Below, in pieces: positions 10,203 through 19,383 of a stretch of 64,000 nt of DNA (its first letter is position 1; the number at the start of each line of letters is the position of its first letter). The stretch covers positions 32,001-96,000 of the forward strand of contig CAXXUO010000008.1 of the NCBI GenBank assembly GCA_963666485.2. Direction: 5' to 3'. Position numbers and translations under genes: made by a program. The DNA comes from Syntrophorhabdaceae bacterium (GTDB lineage Bacteria > Desulfobacterota > Syntrophorhabdia > Syntrophorhabdales > Syntrophorhabdaceae). The notes under the pieces are model-generated. The model was not told the origin of the DNA, did not search any database, and saw nothing but the letters and a program-made list of their open reading frames with translations.

Positions 10203-10231
10203 TTGCTTTTTTCGGTAAAACTTTCTATAGT
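10203..10231 (+). promoter_or_regulatory. Sigma70-like promoter of the ferredoxin-pyrRBC operon
   Basis: TTGCTT-N17-TATAGT. Confidence 0.55.
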
Positions 10232-10242
10232 AGTAAAAGGAA

Positions 10243-10422
10243 GTGCGCCCCTATATCTCACGATCAGTATGCACGCAATGCGGGGAATGCATAGCGATAT
10301 GCCCCTACGAGGTGTTTGCGGAAGATCGAGGCATCGTGATCGTCGCCGTCCCTGAGGACTGCATTGAATGCGGGGCTTGCATCGAGCAGTGTAAAGCGAC
10401 CGCCATTTATTTTGACGATTAA
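10243..10422 (+). CDS. 2x[4Fe-4S] ferredoxin, 59 aa (below the ORF-track size range)
   Basis: GTG start; MRPYISRSVCTQCGECIAICPYEVFAEDRGIVIVAVPEDCIECGACIEQCKATAIYFDD; two CxxCxxCxxxC motifs; TAA abuts the pyrR ATG. Confidence 0.9.
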   Translation: MRPYISRSVCTQCGECIAICPYEVFAEDRGIVIVAVPEDCIECGACIEQCKATAIYFDD

Positions 10423-10953
10423 ATGAAAAAAAAGGTCATTCTCGACAAGAAAGCTGTAGACCGCACGATAACGCGGATCACCCATGAAATACTCGAGAAG
10501 AACGGGGGCTCGGCCGCTTTGAGCCTTATCGGGATCAGGACGCGCGGCGTCTACGTTGCGAACCGGATCCAGGAGAAGATAAAAAGTGTCGAAGGGGTGA
10601 AATTGCCCTTAGGCGTTCTCGATATAACGCTTTACCGCGACGATATCGCGAAGCTTAAATCACCCGAGGTCAAAAAGACCGAGATTCCCTTCGATGTCAA
10701 TAATATGACCGTTGTCCTCGTCGACGATGTCCTCCACACGGGGCGCACCATAAGAGCTGCGATCGACGCGATCATGGACCTCGGGCGGCCGAAGAAGATA
10801 CAGCTCGCGGTGCTGGTTGATCGCGGCGAGCGTGAATTGCCGATACACCCGGACTATGCGGGCATCGTCTGCCCGGTCAGCGAGAACCATGAAGTTCTCG
10901 TCAGAATGAGCGAAATAGACGGCAAAGAAGAAGTGGTGATCGAAAAGACCTGA
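10423..10953 (+). CDS. pyrR: Pyrimidine regulatory protein / uracil phosphoribosyltransferase PyrR
   Basis: [48 protein letters not shown]. Confidence 0.95.
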   Translation: MKKKVILDKKAVDRTITRITHEILEKNGGSAALSLIGIRTRGVYVANRIQEKIKSVEGVKLPLGVLDITLYRDDIAKLKSPEVKKTEIPFDVNNMTVVLVDDVLHTGRTIRAAIDAIMDLGRPKKIQLAVLVDRGERELPIHPDYAGIVCPVSENHEVLVRMSEIDGKEEVVIEKT

Positions 10954-11876
10954 TGAGCTGGAAAAGAAAAGATCTCCTCGATATCCGTGACCTCTCGAAA
11001 GAGGAGATACTTTTTATTCTCGATTCAGCGGAATCATTTAAGGACATTTCGAAAAGAGAGATCAAGAAGGTCCCTACCTTACGGGGCAAGACGGTCATAA
11101 CCCTGTTCTACGAACCGAGCACCCGCACCCGCACGTCATTCGAGATCGCGGCGAAACGGTTAAGCGCCGATACCATTAATATATCCTCAAGCACAAGCAG
11201 TTCGACGAAGGGCGAGACTCTCAAGGACACGGCGAGGAACCTCGAATCCATGAGGCCCGATGCGATCGTGATCCGTCACAGCATGCCCGGAGCGCCGCAC
11301 ATGCTGGCCGCCATCCTGGATTCGTCGATCATCAACGGCGGCGACGGATCACACGAACATCCCACCCAAGCCCTCCTTGACCTTTTCACAATACGCGAGA
11401 AGAAAGGAAGGATAGAGGGGCTCAAGATCGCCATAGTCGGGGATATAGCACACAGCAGGGTCGCCCGTTCCAATATATTTTCCCTCAAAAACTTCGGCAA
11501 CGAGATCATCTGCTGCGGGCCCCCGACCATGATGCCACCCTACATCGAAACGCTCGGTGTGCGGGTCGAGTACGACCTGAAAAAGGCGGTCAGGAAGGCG
11601 GACGTCATTATGATGCTCAGGATACAGAAAGAGCGCGGGGGCACAAAATACATTCCCTCGACGAAGGAATATTCGGCATTGTACGGCCTGACAGGAAAAT
11701 ACGTGGACATGGCCGCAGACGACGTCATCGTGATGCACCCTGGCCCCATGAACAGGGGTATCGAGATAATGGACGATGTCGCCGACGGGCCTTCATCCGT
11801 CATTCTGGACCAGGTCGAGAACGGCGTCGCCGTCAGGATGGCCATCCTTTACCTCCTGATAGGGGGTGAAGCGTGA
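10953..11876 (+). CDS. pyrB: Aspartate carbamoyltransferase catalytic subunit
   Basis: [30 protein letters not shown]. Confidence 0.97.
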   Translation: MSWKRKDLLDIRDLSKEEILFILDSAESFKDISKREIKKVPTLRGKTVITLFYEPSTRTRTSFEIAAKRLSADTINISSSTSSSTKGETLKDTARNLESMRPDAIVIRHSMPGAPHMLAAILDSSIINGGDGSHEHPTQALLDLFTIREKKGRIEGLKIAIVGDIAHSRVARSNIFSLKNFGNEIICCGPPTMMPPYIETLGVRVEYDLKKAVRKADVIMMLRIQKERGGTKYIPSTKEYSALYGLTGKYVDMAADDVIVMHPGPMNRGIEIMDDVADGPSSVILDQVENGVAVRMAILYLLIGGEA

Positions 11877-13153
11877 AGACGTTGATACGGGGCGGACGCG
11901 TTATAGACCCTAAAACAAACCGGGACGGCGTCTTTGATATCCTGGTCGAGAATGCAATCATCCGTGAGATCTCGGATAATATTAAAAGAACGGACAGCAA
12001 GGTTCCGGTCATCGACGCGTCGGGGCTTACCGTCGCCCCCGGCCTCATCGATGTGCACTGCCATCTGCGCGAACCCGGTTTCGAATACAAGGAAACGATC
12101 CAAACGGGGACCGGCGCCGCAGCCCGGGGCGGGTTCACGACCATCGTCTGCATGGCCAATACAAACCCCGTAAATGACAGCCGCAGCGTAACGGAATTCA
12201 TAATCGACAAGGCGCGGGCAGAGGGCACATGCAAGGTCCTGCCCTGCGGGGCCATAACCCGGGGCCTCAAAGGGGAAGAGCTTGCGGAGATCGGGGAGAT
12301 GTTCGCCGCCGGGATTACCGCGATATCTGATGACGGCAGGTCCGTGCGCAACGCGGGGCTTTTCCGCAAGGCCCTCGAATATGCAAAGATCTTCGGGCTG
12401 CCGGTCATCTCCCATTGCGAGGATGAAACCCTGTCCGGAGGGTGTGTGCATGAAGGGACAGCATCCCTCTTGAACGGCCTCGAGGGGATACCGGCTATAG
12501 CTGAAGAGATAATGGTGGAGCGCGATATCACGATCGCCAGGTACGTCGACGCCCCGGTCCACATCACCCATATATCGACACGCGGCAGCGTCGGGATCAT
12601 CGAATCCGGGCGCAAAATGTTCCGCAAGGTCACGTGCGACACCTGCCCCCACTATTTTTCCCTGACAGACGAGGCGACCCTGACCTTTGACACGAACACC
12701 AAGGTCAACCCCCCGCTGAGGTCACGCAAGGACGTGGAAGCCATCCGGGAGGGCCTTCGCAAGGGCGTCATCGATATTATCGCAACAGACCACGCCCCGC
12801 ACGAATTCACGTCGAAGGATGTCGAATACGACCTCGCCACGTTCGGCATTTCGGGGTTCGAGACCGCCTTCGCGCTGTCGCTCAGCCTTGTTCGCGAAGG
12901 AGTGCTCGACATGACCGGACTGCTTGCAAAGATGACCGTCAACCCGGCAAAACTCCTCGGGATCAAGGCCGGGACACTATCCGAAGGTGCGCCCGCCGAT
13001 ATTATCATCTTCGACCCTGACAGGGAATGGACCGTAGACCGGAATTCTTTCGCATCCAAGGGAAAGAATACCCCTTTTCACGGGACCACGCTGAAGGGAA
13101 AGAACCTGTTCACCATGGTCGATGGCAAGATAGTTTTCAATGAATTAATGTAA
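11873..13153 (+). CDS. pyrC: Dihydroorotase (type I, metal ligands intact)
   Basis: [35 protein letters not shown]. Confidence 0.95.
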   Translation: MKTLIRGGRVIDPKTNRDGVFDILVENAIIREISDNIKRTDSKVPVIDASGLTVAPGLIDVHCHLREPGFEYKETIQTGTGAAARGGFTTIVCMANTNPVNDSRSVTEFIIDKARAEGTCKVLPCGAITRGLKGEELAEIGEMFAAGITAISDDGRSVRNAGLFRKALEYAKIFGLPVISHCEDETLSGGCVHEGTASLLNGLEGIPAIAEEIMVERDITIARYVDAPVHITHISTRGSVGIIESGRKMFRKVTCDTCPHYFSLTDEATLTFDTNTKVNPPLRSRKDVEAIREGLRKGVIDIIATDHAPHEFTSKDVEYDLATFGISGFETAFALSLSLVREGVLDMTGLLAKMTVNPAKLLGIKAGTLSEGAPADIIIFDPDREWTVDRNSFASKGKNTPFHGTTLKGKNLFTMVDGKIVFNELM

Positions 13154-13179
13154 AACTTCGTATTATTTTCCTCCCAGTT

Positions 13180-13206
13180 TAATATTTTTCAACGAGAAAC
13201 CGATAA
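13180..13206 (+). promoter_or_regulatory. Sigma28 (FliA)-like promoter of motAB
   Basis: TAAT-N15-ACCGATAA versus consensus TAAA-N15-GCCGATAA, 80 nt upstream of motA. Confidence 0.7.
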
Positions 13207-13286
13207 CTGTACTAACGGGTGTAGCATCATGACGGACCTGTGGTGATGGTCTATCGAGAGAGGTTTGAAGTGACCTGGAATAAACA

Positions 13287-14141
13287 ATGTTTGTCCTTAT
13301 AGGCGCGATCATAGTCATCGTTGCGGTCTTCGGAGGATTCGTCCTGGAAGGTGGTCCGATGAAGGTCATCGTCCAGCCCGTCGAATTCCTCATTATCGGC
13401 GGCGCGGCTCTCGGCGCCATGATCATTTCGGCCCCCAAAAAACTTCTCATGAAAATTGTGGCAAAAATACTGGGATCGCTCAAAGGGGGAAGTGTAAACC
13501 GCCAGCTCTACCTGGACCTTTTGAAGCTCATGTACGAAATATTCCAGGTAACCAGGAAGGATGGCCTTATCGCCCTCGAATCACATATTGAACACCCCGA
13601 CAAGAGCAAGATATTTACGAAGTACCCCAACATCACCAAACACCACCACATTATTTCGTTCATGACAGACACGTTCCGGCTAATAGTCCTGGGAGGGATA
13701 GCACCCCACGACATCGAGAGCCTCATGGACCTCGACATCGAGACCCATCACCAGGAAGGCATCCAGCCCGGGATGATCCTGCAGAAGATAGGCGACTCGA
13801 TGCCCGGCCTCGGGATCGTCGCCGCCGTCCTCGGCATCGTCATCACCATGCAGGCCATCAACGGCCCGCCGGAAGAGATCGGCCACAAGGTAGCCGTGGC
13901 GCTCGTCGGCACCTTCCTCGGCATCTTCCTGTCATACGGGTTCATCCAGCCGCTCGCGACCAACCTCGATCTTGCAGCCGAGGAAGAATCGAAGGTGTAC
14001 GAGGCCATCAAATCGGGTGTCATATCCCTCGCCAAGGGATTCAACCCGATCGTATCCGTCGAATTCGCGCGGAGGTCGATCCCGAATGATTACCGGCCCA
14101 CCTTTCAGGAGATGGAGACCTTCGTCAAGGGGGCCAAGTAA
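13287..14141 (+). CDS. motA: Flagellar stator MotA
   Basis: QPVEFLIIGGAA, RKDGLIALE, PGLGIVAAVLG, ALVGTFLGIFLSYG, EFARR. Confidence 0.96.
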   Translation: MFVLIGAIIVIVAVFGGFVLEGGPMKVIVQPVEFLIIGGAALGAMIISAPKKLLMKIVAKILGSLKGGSVNRQLYLDLLKLMYEIFQVTRKDGLIALESHIEHPDKSKIFTKYPNITKHHHIISFMTDTFRLIVLGGIAPHDIESLMDLDIETHHQEGIQPGMILQKIGDSMPGLGIVAAVLGIVITMQAINGPPEEIGHKVAVALVGTFLGIFLSYGFIQPLATNLDLAAEEESKVYEAIKSGVISLAKGFNPIVSVEFARRSIPNDYRPTFQEMETFVKGAK

Positions 14142-14143
14142 CG

Positions 14144-14992
14144 ATGGATGACCACCAGACCCCGATACGGGTCGTCGTCAAAAAGAAAAAAGGCCATGGC
14201 GGCCATCACGGCGGCGCCTGGAAAGTAGCGTACGCCGATTTCGTCACCGCCATGATGGCGCTCTTCATAGTCCTGTGGATAGTCGGCCAGAGCTCCTCTG
14301 TGAAACAGGCGATCTCCGCATATTTCAAGGACCCCGGCGTTTTCGAAAGCGGCCGGGGCGGGAACATACTTCACGGTTCGCATGGCTCCGCCCCTGTCCC
14401 GACATCGAATATTTCTGCCGAGATCGAAAAACTGAAAGCTGAGGCAAAAAAACTGGAAGAGGCCATCAAATCAAATTCCGATCTCGCAAAATTCAAGGAT
14501 AAGATAGAGATAACCGTAAGCAAAGAAGGTTTGCGGATCGAGTTGCTCGAGAATGCGGCGGGCCTCTTTTTCGATGTCGGCAGTTCGAAACCGAAACCCG
14601 ATACGGTCAAGCTGTTGCAGCTCGTCGGCAAAGAGGTCGGACAGCTCGACAACAAGGTCATGATCGAGGGGTATACCGATGCGCGGCCGTACGTCAGTCC
14701 CGATTATACGAACTGGGAATTGAGTTCCGACCGTGCAAACATGGCCCGCCGGATCCTCGAGCAGAACGGCATGAGAAAAGACCAGGTATTGCAGGTCAGG
14801 GGGTTTGCCGACCGCAACCTGAAACACCCCGATAAACCCCTCGATGTCGGCAACCGGCGCGTAAGCATACTGGTTGCGACGGACATTAAAGAAAATGTTT
14901 CTGTTGCGCCCGAAACGCCTGCTGCCGCGCCGCAAAAAGAATCCATCAAGCCAGAGGCCCCCCAGGTTACTCCCCCTGAGGCGAAGCCATAA
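14144..14992 (+). CDS. motB: Flagellar stator MotB
   Basis: HHGGAWKVAYADFVTAMMALF, OmpA-like domain NWELSSDRAN, NRRVSI. Confidence 0.96.
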   Translation: MDDHQTPIRVVVKKKKGHGGHHGGAWKVAYADFVTAMMALFIVLWIVGQSSSVKQAISAYFKDPGVFESGRGGNILHGSHGSAPVPTSNISAEIEKLKAEAKKLEEAIKSNSDLAKFKDKIEITVSKEGLRIELLENAAGLFFDVGSSKPKPDTVKLLQLVGKEVGQLDNKVMIEGYTDARPYVSPDYTNWELSSDRANMARRILEQNGMRKDQVLQVRGFADRNLKHPDKPLDVGNRRVSILVATDIKENVSVAPETPAAAPQKESIKPEAPQVTPPEAKP

Positions 14993-16194
14993 TGGACGGA
15001 CCAACACCCGCGATCCGGATCCTTATTGTCGATAATGACGCAAATGTCCGGGGTGTCTTCGTACGGTTCTTCAGCCGTTATCCGGGGTTCGAGGTCTTTG
15101 AGGCCTCGACGGGACAGGAAGCGGCGCTTCGTTCCCGGGACGTCGAACCTGACCTTATTCTAAGCGATCACCAGCCGCCCCAGGTCGACGGCCTGGAACT
15201 GTGCCGGCGCATAAGGAGCACGCCGGAGACGCATTCCTCCATCTTTCTTTTCCTCACCTATCAGAAGGATGATCAGTTCAAGGCCGAGGCGTTCCAGCGC
15301 GGCGCCGATGACTGCATTGAAAAGACAACACCACCCATTATCCTGACCCATAAGATACAGGCCTTTATCAGGATCAAACAGCTCCAGAACGAGCTCCTTG
15401 CCGAAAAGCAGATCATAGCGGAAACAAACAAGAAGCTCGAACGCAACTTCAAGGAATTGACACAGATCCTTCTCAAGATCATCGATGTCCGTGTCCCCGG
15501 CGCTGCCGACAGGGCGCGCGCAGCCAAAGGGTCAGCCCGTTATATCTGCAAGAAAATGGGTATCGAAGAGGAAGAAACTGATAAGATACTGTTCGGGGCA
15601 CAACTCCACGAGATAGGTAAGATAGGCCTGCCCGATGCGATTGCCGACAAGGCCAAGAACAATATGGTCATGGGCGACCGCAGTATTTATAATAAGCACC
15701 CCGTCATAGGGTCTCTCATCATATCGACCATCTCCGGCTACAAGATCTCATCCGATGCGATATATTACCAGTACGAGAACTTCGATGGCTCGGGCACCCC
15801 CGATGGCCTGATCGGCAACGAGATACCGAGGGGCGCACGGGTAATTCGAGGCATCGTGCTTCAGAGCGACCTGTGCCGCGCGGGGTCCGGCCGGGATGAT
15901 ATCCTGCATGAGATACGCCAGTCGGCGAACCGTATCCTCGACCCCATGGTCGCATCATCCCTCGTCGAATACATCGTCGAAAATGACCGTGAATTCGCCC
16001 GGAACAAGTGTAAGATATCCCTGGAAGAACTCAAGCCCGGCATGGTGATAGCGGAAGACATCTACGCGTCGAGCGGCGTTAAGCTCCTCCCCAAGAACGT
16101 CAGGATACAGGACCGGATGATAGAGGTCCTCAACGAACGCAATGAAACAGACCCGATCATCGGCGGCGTGTATGTGGTCATTGGAGCGAAATGA
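14992..16194 (+). CDS. Response regulator with degenerate HD-GYP-like domain
   Basis: N-terminal REC (LSDHQPP), coiled coil, LHEIGKIG and YENFDGSGTPDGL in place of LHDIGKI and HExxDGSGYP; TAATG coupling to motB. Confidence 0.8.
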   Translation: MDGPTPAIRILIVDNDANVRGVFVRFFSRYPGFEVFEASTGQEAALRSRDVEPDLILSDHQPPQVDGLELCRRIRSTPETHSSIFLFLTYQKDDQFKAEAFQRGADDCIEKTTPPIILTHKIQAFIRIKQLQNELLAEKQIIAETNKKLERNFKELTQILLKIIDVRVPGAADRARAAKGSARYICKKMGIEEEETDKILFGAQLHEIGKIGLPDAIADKAKNNMVMGDRSIYNKHPVIGSLIISTISGYKISSDAIYYQYENFDGSGTPDGLIGNEIPRGARVIRGIVLQSDLCRAGSGRDDILHEIRQSANRILDPMVASSLVEYIVENDREFARNKCKISLEELKPGMVIAEDIYASSGVKLLPKNVRIQDRMIEVLNERNETDPIIGGVYVVIGAK

Positions 16195-16206
16195 AAAAAG
16201 ACGTTG

Positions 16207-16420
16207 GTTCAACCGTTCAACAGTTCAACCGTTCGACGTGAGTACGGCCGGGGCCTTGGCGGGAATCCACCTATTCAAGTCGTCATTCCGGCTTGCCGGA
16301 ATCCAGCGTCTTTGCTTTGTTAAGTGCCAGGCTTATTATAGGGACAAAAAGACACTGGATTTCGCCGCAAAAGCCGGCGGAATGACGACGCACGCCTTTA
16401 GCGTTGAACGGTTTAACGGT
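16207..16420. repeat. Composite repeat: (GTTCAACC)~4 ... REP-like inverted pair ... inverted octamers
   Basis: Octamers at 16207-16238 and 16402-16420; arms GTCGTCATTCCGGCTTGCCGGAATCCAGCGTCTTTG (16279-16314) and AAAGACACTGGATTTCGCCG..CGGCGGAATGACGAC (16348-16389). Confidence 0.85.
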
Positions 16421-16421
16421 A

Positions 16422-17348
16422 TTACTTACGTAGCCCGAAATACTGTCTTGCCGTTTCCACGTCTTTCTTGATCTGCGCCATCAGTTCCGCCATGTCCTTG
16501 AATTTTTGCTCGGCGCGGATGCGCTCGTGGAAGGAGATGACGATGTCGCGGTCGTAGAGGTCGCCGCCGAAATCGAGGATGTGTGTTTCGACGAGGAGCT
16601 TCTTGCCGTCAAACGTGGGGTTGTAACCGATATTTGTGACGGAGGGCCACTTCCTGCCGTCAAACTCGACCTCCGTTATATAGACGCCGTTGCCCGGTAT
16701 GAGCTCGAATACCGTCTCGAAGTTTATCGTCGGGAATCCCATGCTCTTTCCCCGGTTGACACCGTGTATGACCACGCCTTCGATCATATGCGGGCGGCCG
16801 AGCAGTTCGTTGGCCTTTTTGACGTCGCCTTCCATGATGAGCTTGCGGATACGGTTGCTTCCTATCTTTTCCTCATCGAGCGTGATCGCGCCCACGACGT
16901 CAAAATAAAATCCTTTTTTCCGTGAATATTCCATAAGCATCCTGACATCGCCTGCCCCGCCTTTCCCGAACCGGAAATCGTACCCGACAATGACCCCGGC
17001 CACGCCGATCTTGCCGATAAGGATATCTTCGATAAAGCTCTCGGGAGGGATCGACCTCAGGTTGTCGTCGAAGGGTATCTCGAACATGACCTCGATCCCG
17101 GTCTCTGCGACAAGTCTCTCCTTTATGTGCGGAGGCGTTATCAGGCGGATATAGGAATCCGGTTCCAGGATGCTGTGGGGGTGCGGATAGAAACTCATGA
17201 GCATCGGGGTGCCGGATATCTCGCGTGATTTATCGATGACCTTCTTTATGATCCTCCGGTGACCGATGTGTACGCCGTCATAATTGCCTATCGTGAGGAC
17301 GGGATTCCGGAATCGTTCACCGGTATCGAATGTCTGAAAAATTTTCAT
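16422..17348 (-). CDS. ribF: Bifunctional riboflavin kinase / FAD synthetase
   Basis: GNYDGVHIGH, VGYDFRFG, GFPTIN, NIGYNPTF, ETHILDF; start ATG 17348 with GAGGTGA RBS. Confidence 0.95.
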   Translation of the reverse strand: MKIFQTFDTGERFRNPVLTIGNYDGVHIGHRRIIKKVIDKSREISGTPMLMSFYPHPHSILEPDSYIRLITPPHIKERLVAETGIEVMFEIPFDDNLRSIPPESFIEDILIGKIGVAGVIVGYDFRFGKGGAGDVRMLMEYSRKKGFYFDVVGAITLDEEKIGSNRIRKLIMEGDVKKANELLGRPHMIEGVVIHGVNRGKSMGFPTINFETVFELIPGNGVYITEVEFDGRKWPSVTNIGYNPTFDGKKLLVETHILDFGGDLYDRDIVISFHERIRAEQKFKDMAELMAQIKKDVETARQYFGLRK

Positions 17349-17357
17349 CGTCACCTC

Positions 17358-17386
17358 TTGACTTATCTTGCACATACATATAACTT
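17358..17386 (+). promoter_or_regulatory. Sigma70-like promoter of tRNA-Leu
   Basis: TTGACT-N17-TAACTT, 8 nt before the tRNA. Confidence 0.55.
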
Positions 17387-17394
17387 TATAGGGT

Positions 17395-17479
17395 GCCGAA
17401 GTGGCGGAATTGGCAGACGCGCTAGATTCAGGGTCTAGTAGGCAATTTGCCTGTGTGGGTTCAAGTCCCGTCTTCGGCA
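17395..17479 (+). tRNA. tRNA-Leu(CAG), CCA not encoded
   Basis: Acceptor GCCGAAG/CTTCGGC+A, D-arm TGGCGGAATTGGCAGACGC, anticodon arm CTAGA-TTCAGGG-TCTAG, long variable arm, T-loop GGTTCAAGTCC. Confidence 0.95.
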
Positions 17480-17588
17480 TTATTTTTTTGTCAAAAATCC
17501 TCAAGAGCTCCCCGCCCGAAACCCTTGAAACGCTTCATTGTATATTATCTAAAATGAATTTTGTATAAAAATTACGGCCTGAGAAAAT

Positions 17589-17792
17589 CGTAAGGCGTAA
17601 GGCGTTGAAAACCCGCTATTTCAATACAAAGAAACATTCTTCCGTGAAATAATAGAAAGACGCTGGATTCCGGCGCAAAAGCCGCCGGAATGACGGCAGA
17701 CTTTAAAGACAGAAACTAGGTCTAATAACGTTTCTTCCCGGGCCGAGAGAATTTCTTTTCCGTTAGCCGTTAGCCGTTAGCCGTTAGCCGTT
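17589..17792. repeat. Partial composite repeat: (CGTAAGG)2, one REP arm, (CCGTTAG)4
   Basis: AAAGACGCTGGATTCCGGCGCAAAAGCCGCCGGAATGACGGC at 17656-17697; heptamers at 17589-17605 and 17760-17792. Confidence 0.8.
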
Positions 17793-17796
17793 CTTC

Positions 17797-18651
17797 TTAC
17801 GGTTTGTACTCGTACTTGAACGGCGCTGCCTGCTCCCGTGCGAACATGTCCTGCAGGGCGGAGGAGAGAAGCCATTTCAGGGGGGCAAAAGGCCTCTTGC
17901 CGTATACGAGGGTGGGTTTTCCCTTGATGCCGAGCGTCGCCTTCATGGCATCGACTGCATCGTAGAATGTTCCTATGTTGTCGATAAGGCCGGCATCCTT
18001 CGCCTGAAGCCCCGTGTATATCCTGCCGTCCGCCAGCTCCCTGACCTTTTCGATCTTCATTTTCCTTCCGGAGGCGACATCCTTGATAAACTGCCCATGA
18101 ATGCTGTCGATGATATCCTGCAGGTATTTCCGCTCGGCATCGGTCATCCTGCGGAAGGGGTTCCCGACGTCTTTCATCGATCCCGCCTTGATCGTGTTCG
18201 CCTGGACGCCTATCTTCTTCATCAGGTCCTCGACCACGGTCTGCTGCATGATGACGCCGATGGACCCCGTTATCGTCGAGGGGTTGGCGTAGAGCCTCTC
18301 ACCGACCGCCGCTATATAGTACCCTCCCGAGGCGCATACCGATCCCATCGAGACGTAGACCTTCTTTCTTTCTCTCAGCTTTTTGAGTTCGGTGGCTGCC
18401 TCCTGGGTCGGCCCGACGGCGCCGCCTGGTGAATTGATGCGGACGATAACACCCTTAACACTGTCATCTTCCTTGAGCCGGACGATATCGGCCATGACAT
18501 CCTTCATGTCCGTTATCGTCCCCTCGACCTCTACGACCCCGATCTTCGAGCCGCTGTCCCCGAATATGCCTGATAACATAATGGCAAAGAAAATGACCGC
18601 TATCACGATACAAACGACGAGCAGGATCTTCCTGCCGATATTACCTGCCAT
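17797..18651 (-). CDS. sppA: Signal peptide peptidase SppA (S49, short form)
   Basis: RINSPGG, CASGGYYIA, TGSIGV, ADGRIYTG; N-terminal TM. Confidence 0.93.
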   Translation of the reverse strand: MAGNIGRKILLVVCIVIAVIFFAIMLSGIFGDSGSKIGVVEVEGTITDMKDVMADIVRLKEDDSVKGVIVRINSPGGAVGPTQEAATELKKLRERKKVYVSMGSVCASGGYYIAAVGERLYANPSTITGSIGVIMQQTVVEDLMKKIGVQANTIKAGSMKDVGNPFRRMTDAERKYLQDIIDSIHGQFIKDVASGRKMKIEKVRELADGRIYTGLQAKDAGLIDNIGTFYDAVDAMKATLGIKGKPTLVYGKRPFAPLKWLLSSALQDMFAREQAAPFKYEYKP

Positions 18652-18675
18652 TATACATCCCTCCCTATCGCGTCA

Positions 18676-19383
18676 TCAATTGTCCATGAACTGTGCCGAT
18701 TCCCTTTTCTTCATGATGATCTTGCCAAACGGGCGCCGCTGGGAAAGCGTGGCCACGCGTATCTTTGCGAGCTCCAGCATACCCAGGATCGTTGCAACCC
18801 TTTCATTGCGGTCCTCTTCGACAATAACGTCCCACTCGAAAAAACCTTCCATTCTCAGGACGTCCTTGAGGGCCCCTATCTTCTCTTCCAGTGTGGGCCT
18901 CACTTCCCTTACGACAAAGTACGGCTCCTCCTTGACGCGCATCAGCTCAAAGTACAGCGTACAGAGGCTCATGAGGTCAAAATCGGCCTCTTTTTCCAAT
19001 CCGCCCCTTCCTATAGAATAGACATCGCGCTCGAGCATGGGAAGTCCGTTGATCGCGACGGCCATATTTCTCACGCGTTCATACTCGATGATGCGCTCGA
19101 CAAGTTCTTCACGCGGGTCCTCTTCTTCGCCGGTTCCGTCCCTCGGGAGAAGCATCTTCGACTTGATAAAGAGAAGGAGCGAGGCCATTTCGATGAAATC
19201 TTCGGCTATCTTCAGGTTCATTTCCCGGGCTATTTCGACATACTGGAGAAAGCGCTCCGTGATCATGGCGATCGGGATGTCCCAGATGCTCAGCTTGTTG
19301 CGCTTGATAAGCGTGATGAGGACAGCCATAGGCCCTTCGAAACATTCGAGCTGCACCTCAAGCGTCGGGACGAGAAGGCTCAT
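18676..19383 (-). CDS. scpA: Segregation/condensation kleisin ScpA
   Basis: FEGPMAVLITLI, IPIAMITERFL, MASLLLFIKSKMLLP, DPREELVERI, LGMLEL. Confidence 0.88.
   Translation of the reverse strand: MSLLVPTLEVQLECFEGPMAVLITLIKRNKLSIWDIPIAMITERFLQYVEIAREMNLKIAEDFIEMASLLLFIKSKMLLPRDGTGEEEDPREELVERIIEYERVRNMAVAINGLPMLERDVYSIGRGGLEKEADFDLMSLCTLYFELMRVKEEPYFVVREVRPTLEEKIGALKDVLRMEGFFEWDVIVEEDRNERVATILGMLELAKIRVATLSQRRPFGKIIMKKRESAQFMDN

Noticed and set aside
10264..10485. Minus-strand 73-aa ORF or an ncRNA in the gap before pyrR
   Set aside because: The plus-strand ferredoxin with two intact cluster motifs explains the region.
11873..13153. Inactive PyrC' structural subunit
   Set aside because: The His/Asp metal ligands are present.
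17349..17504. N-terminal extension of RibF in the ORF track
   Set aside because: It is the antisense reading of tRNA-Leu; ATG 17348 has a good SD.
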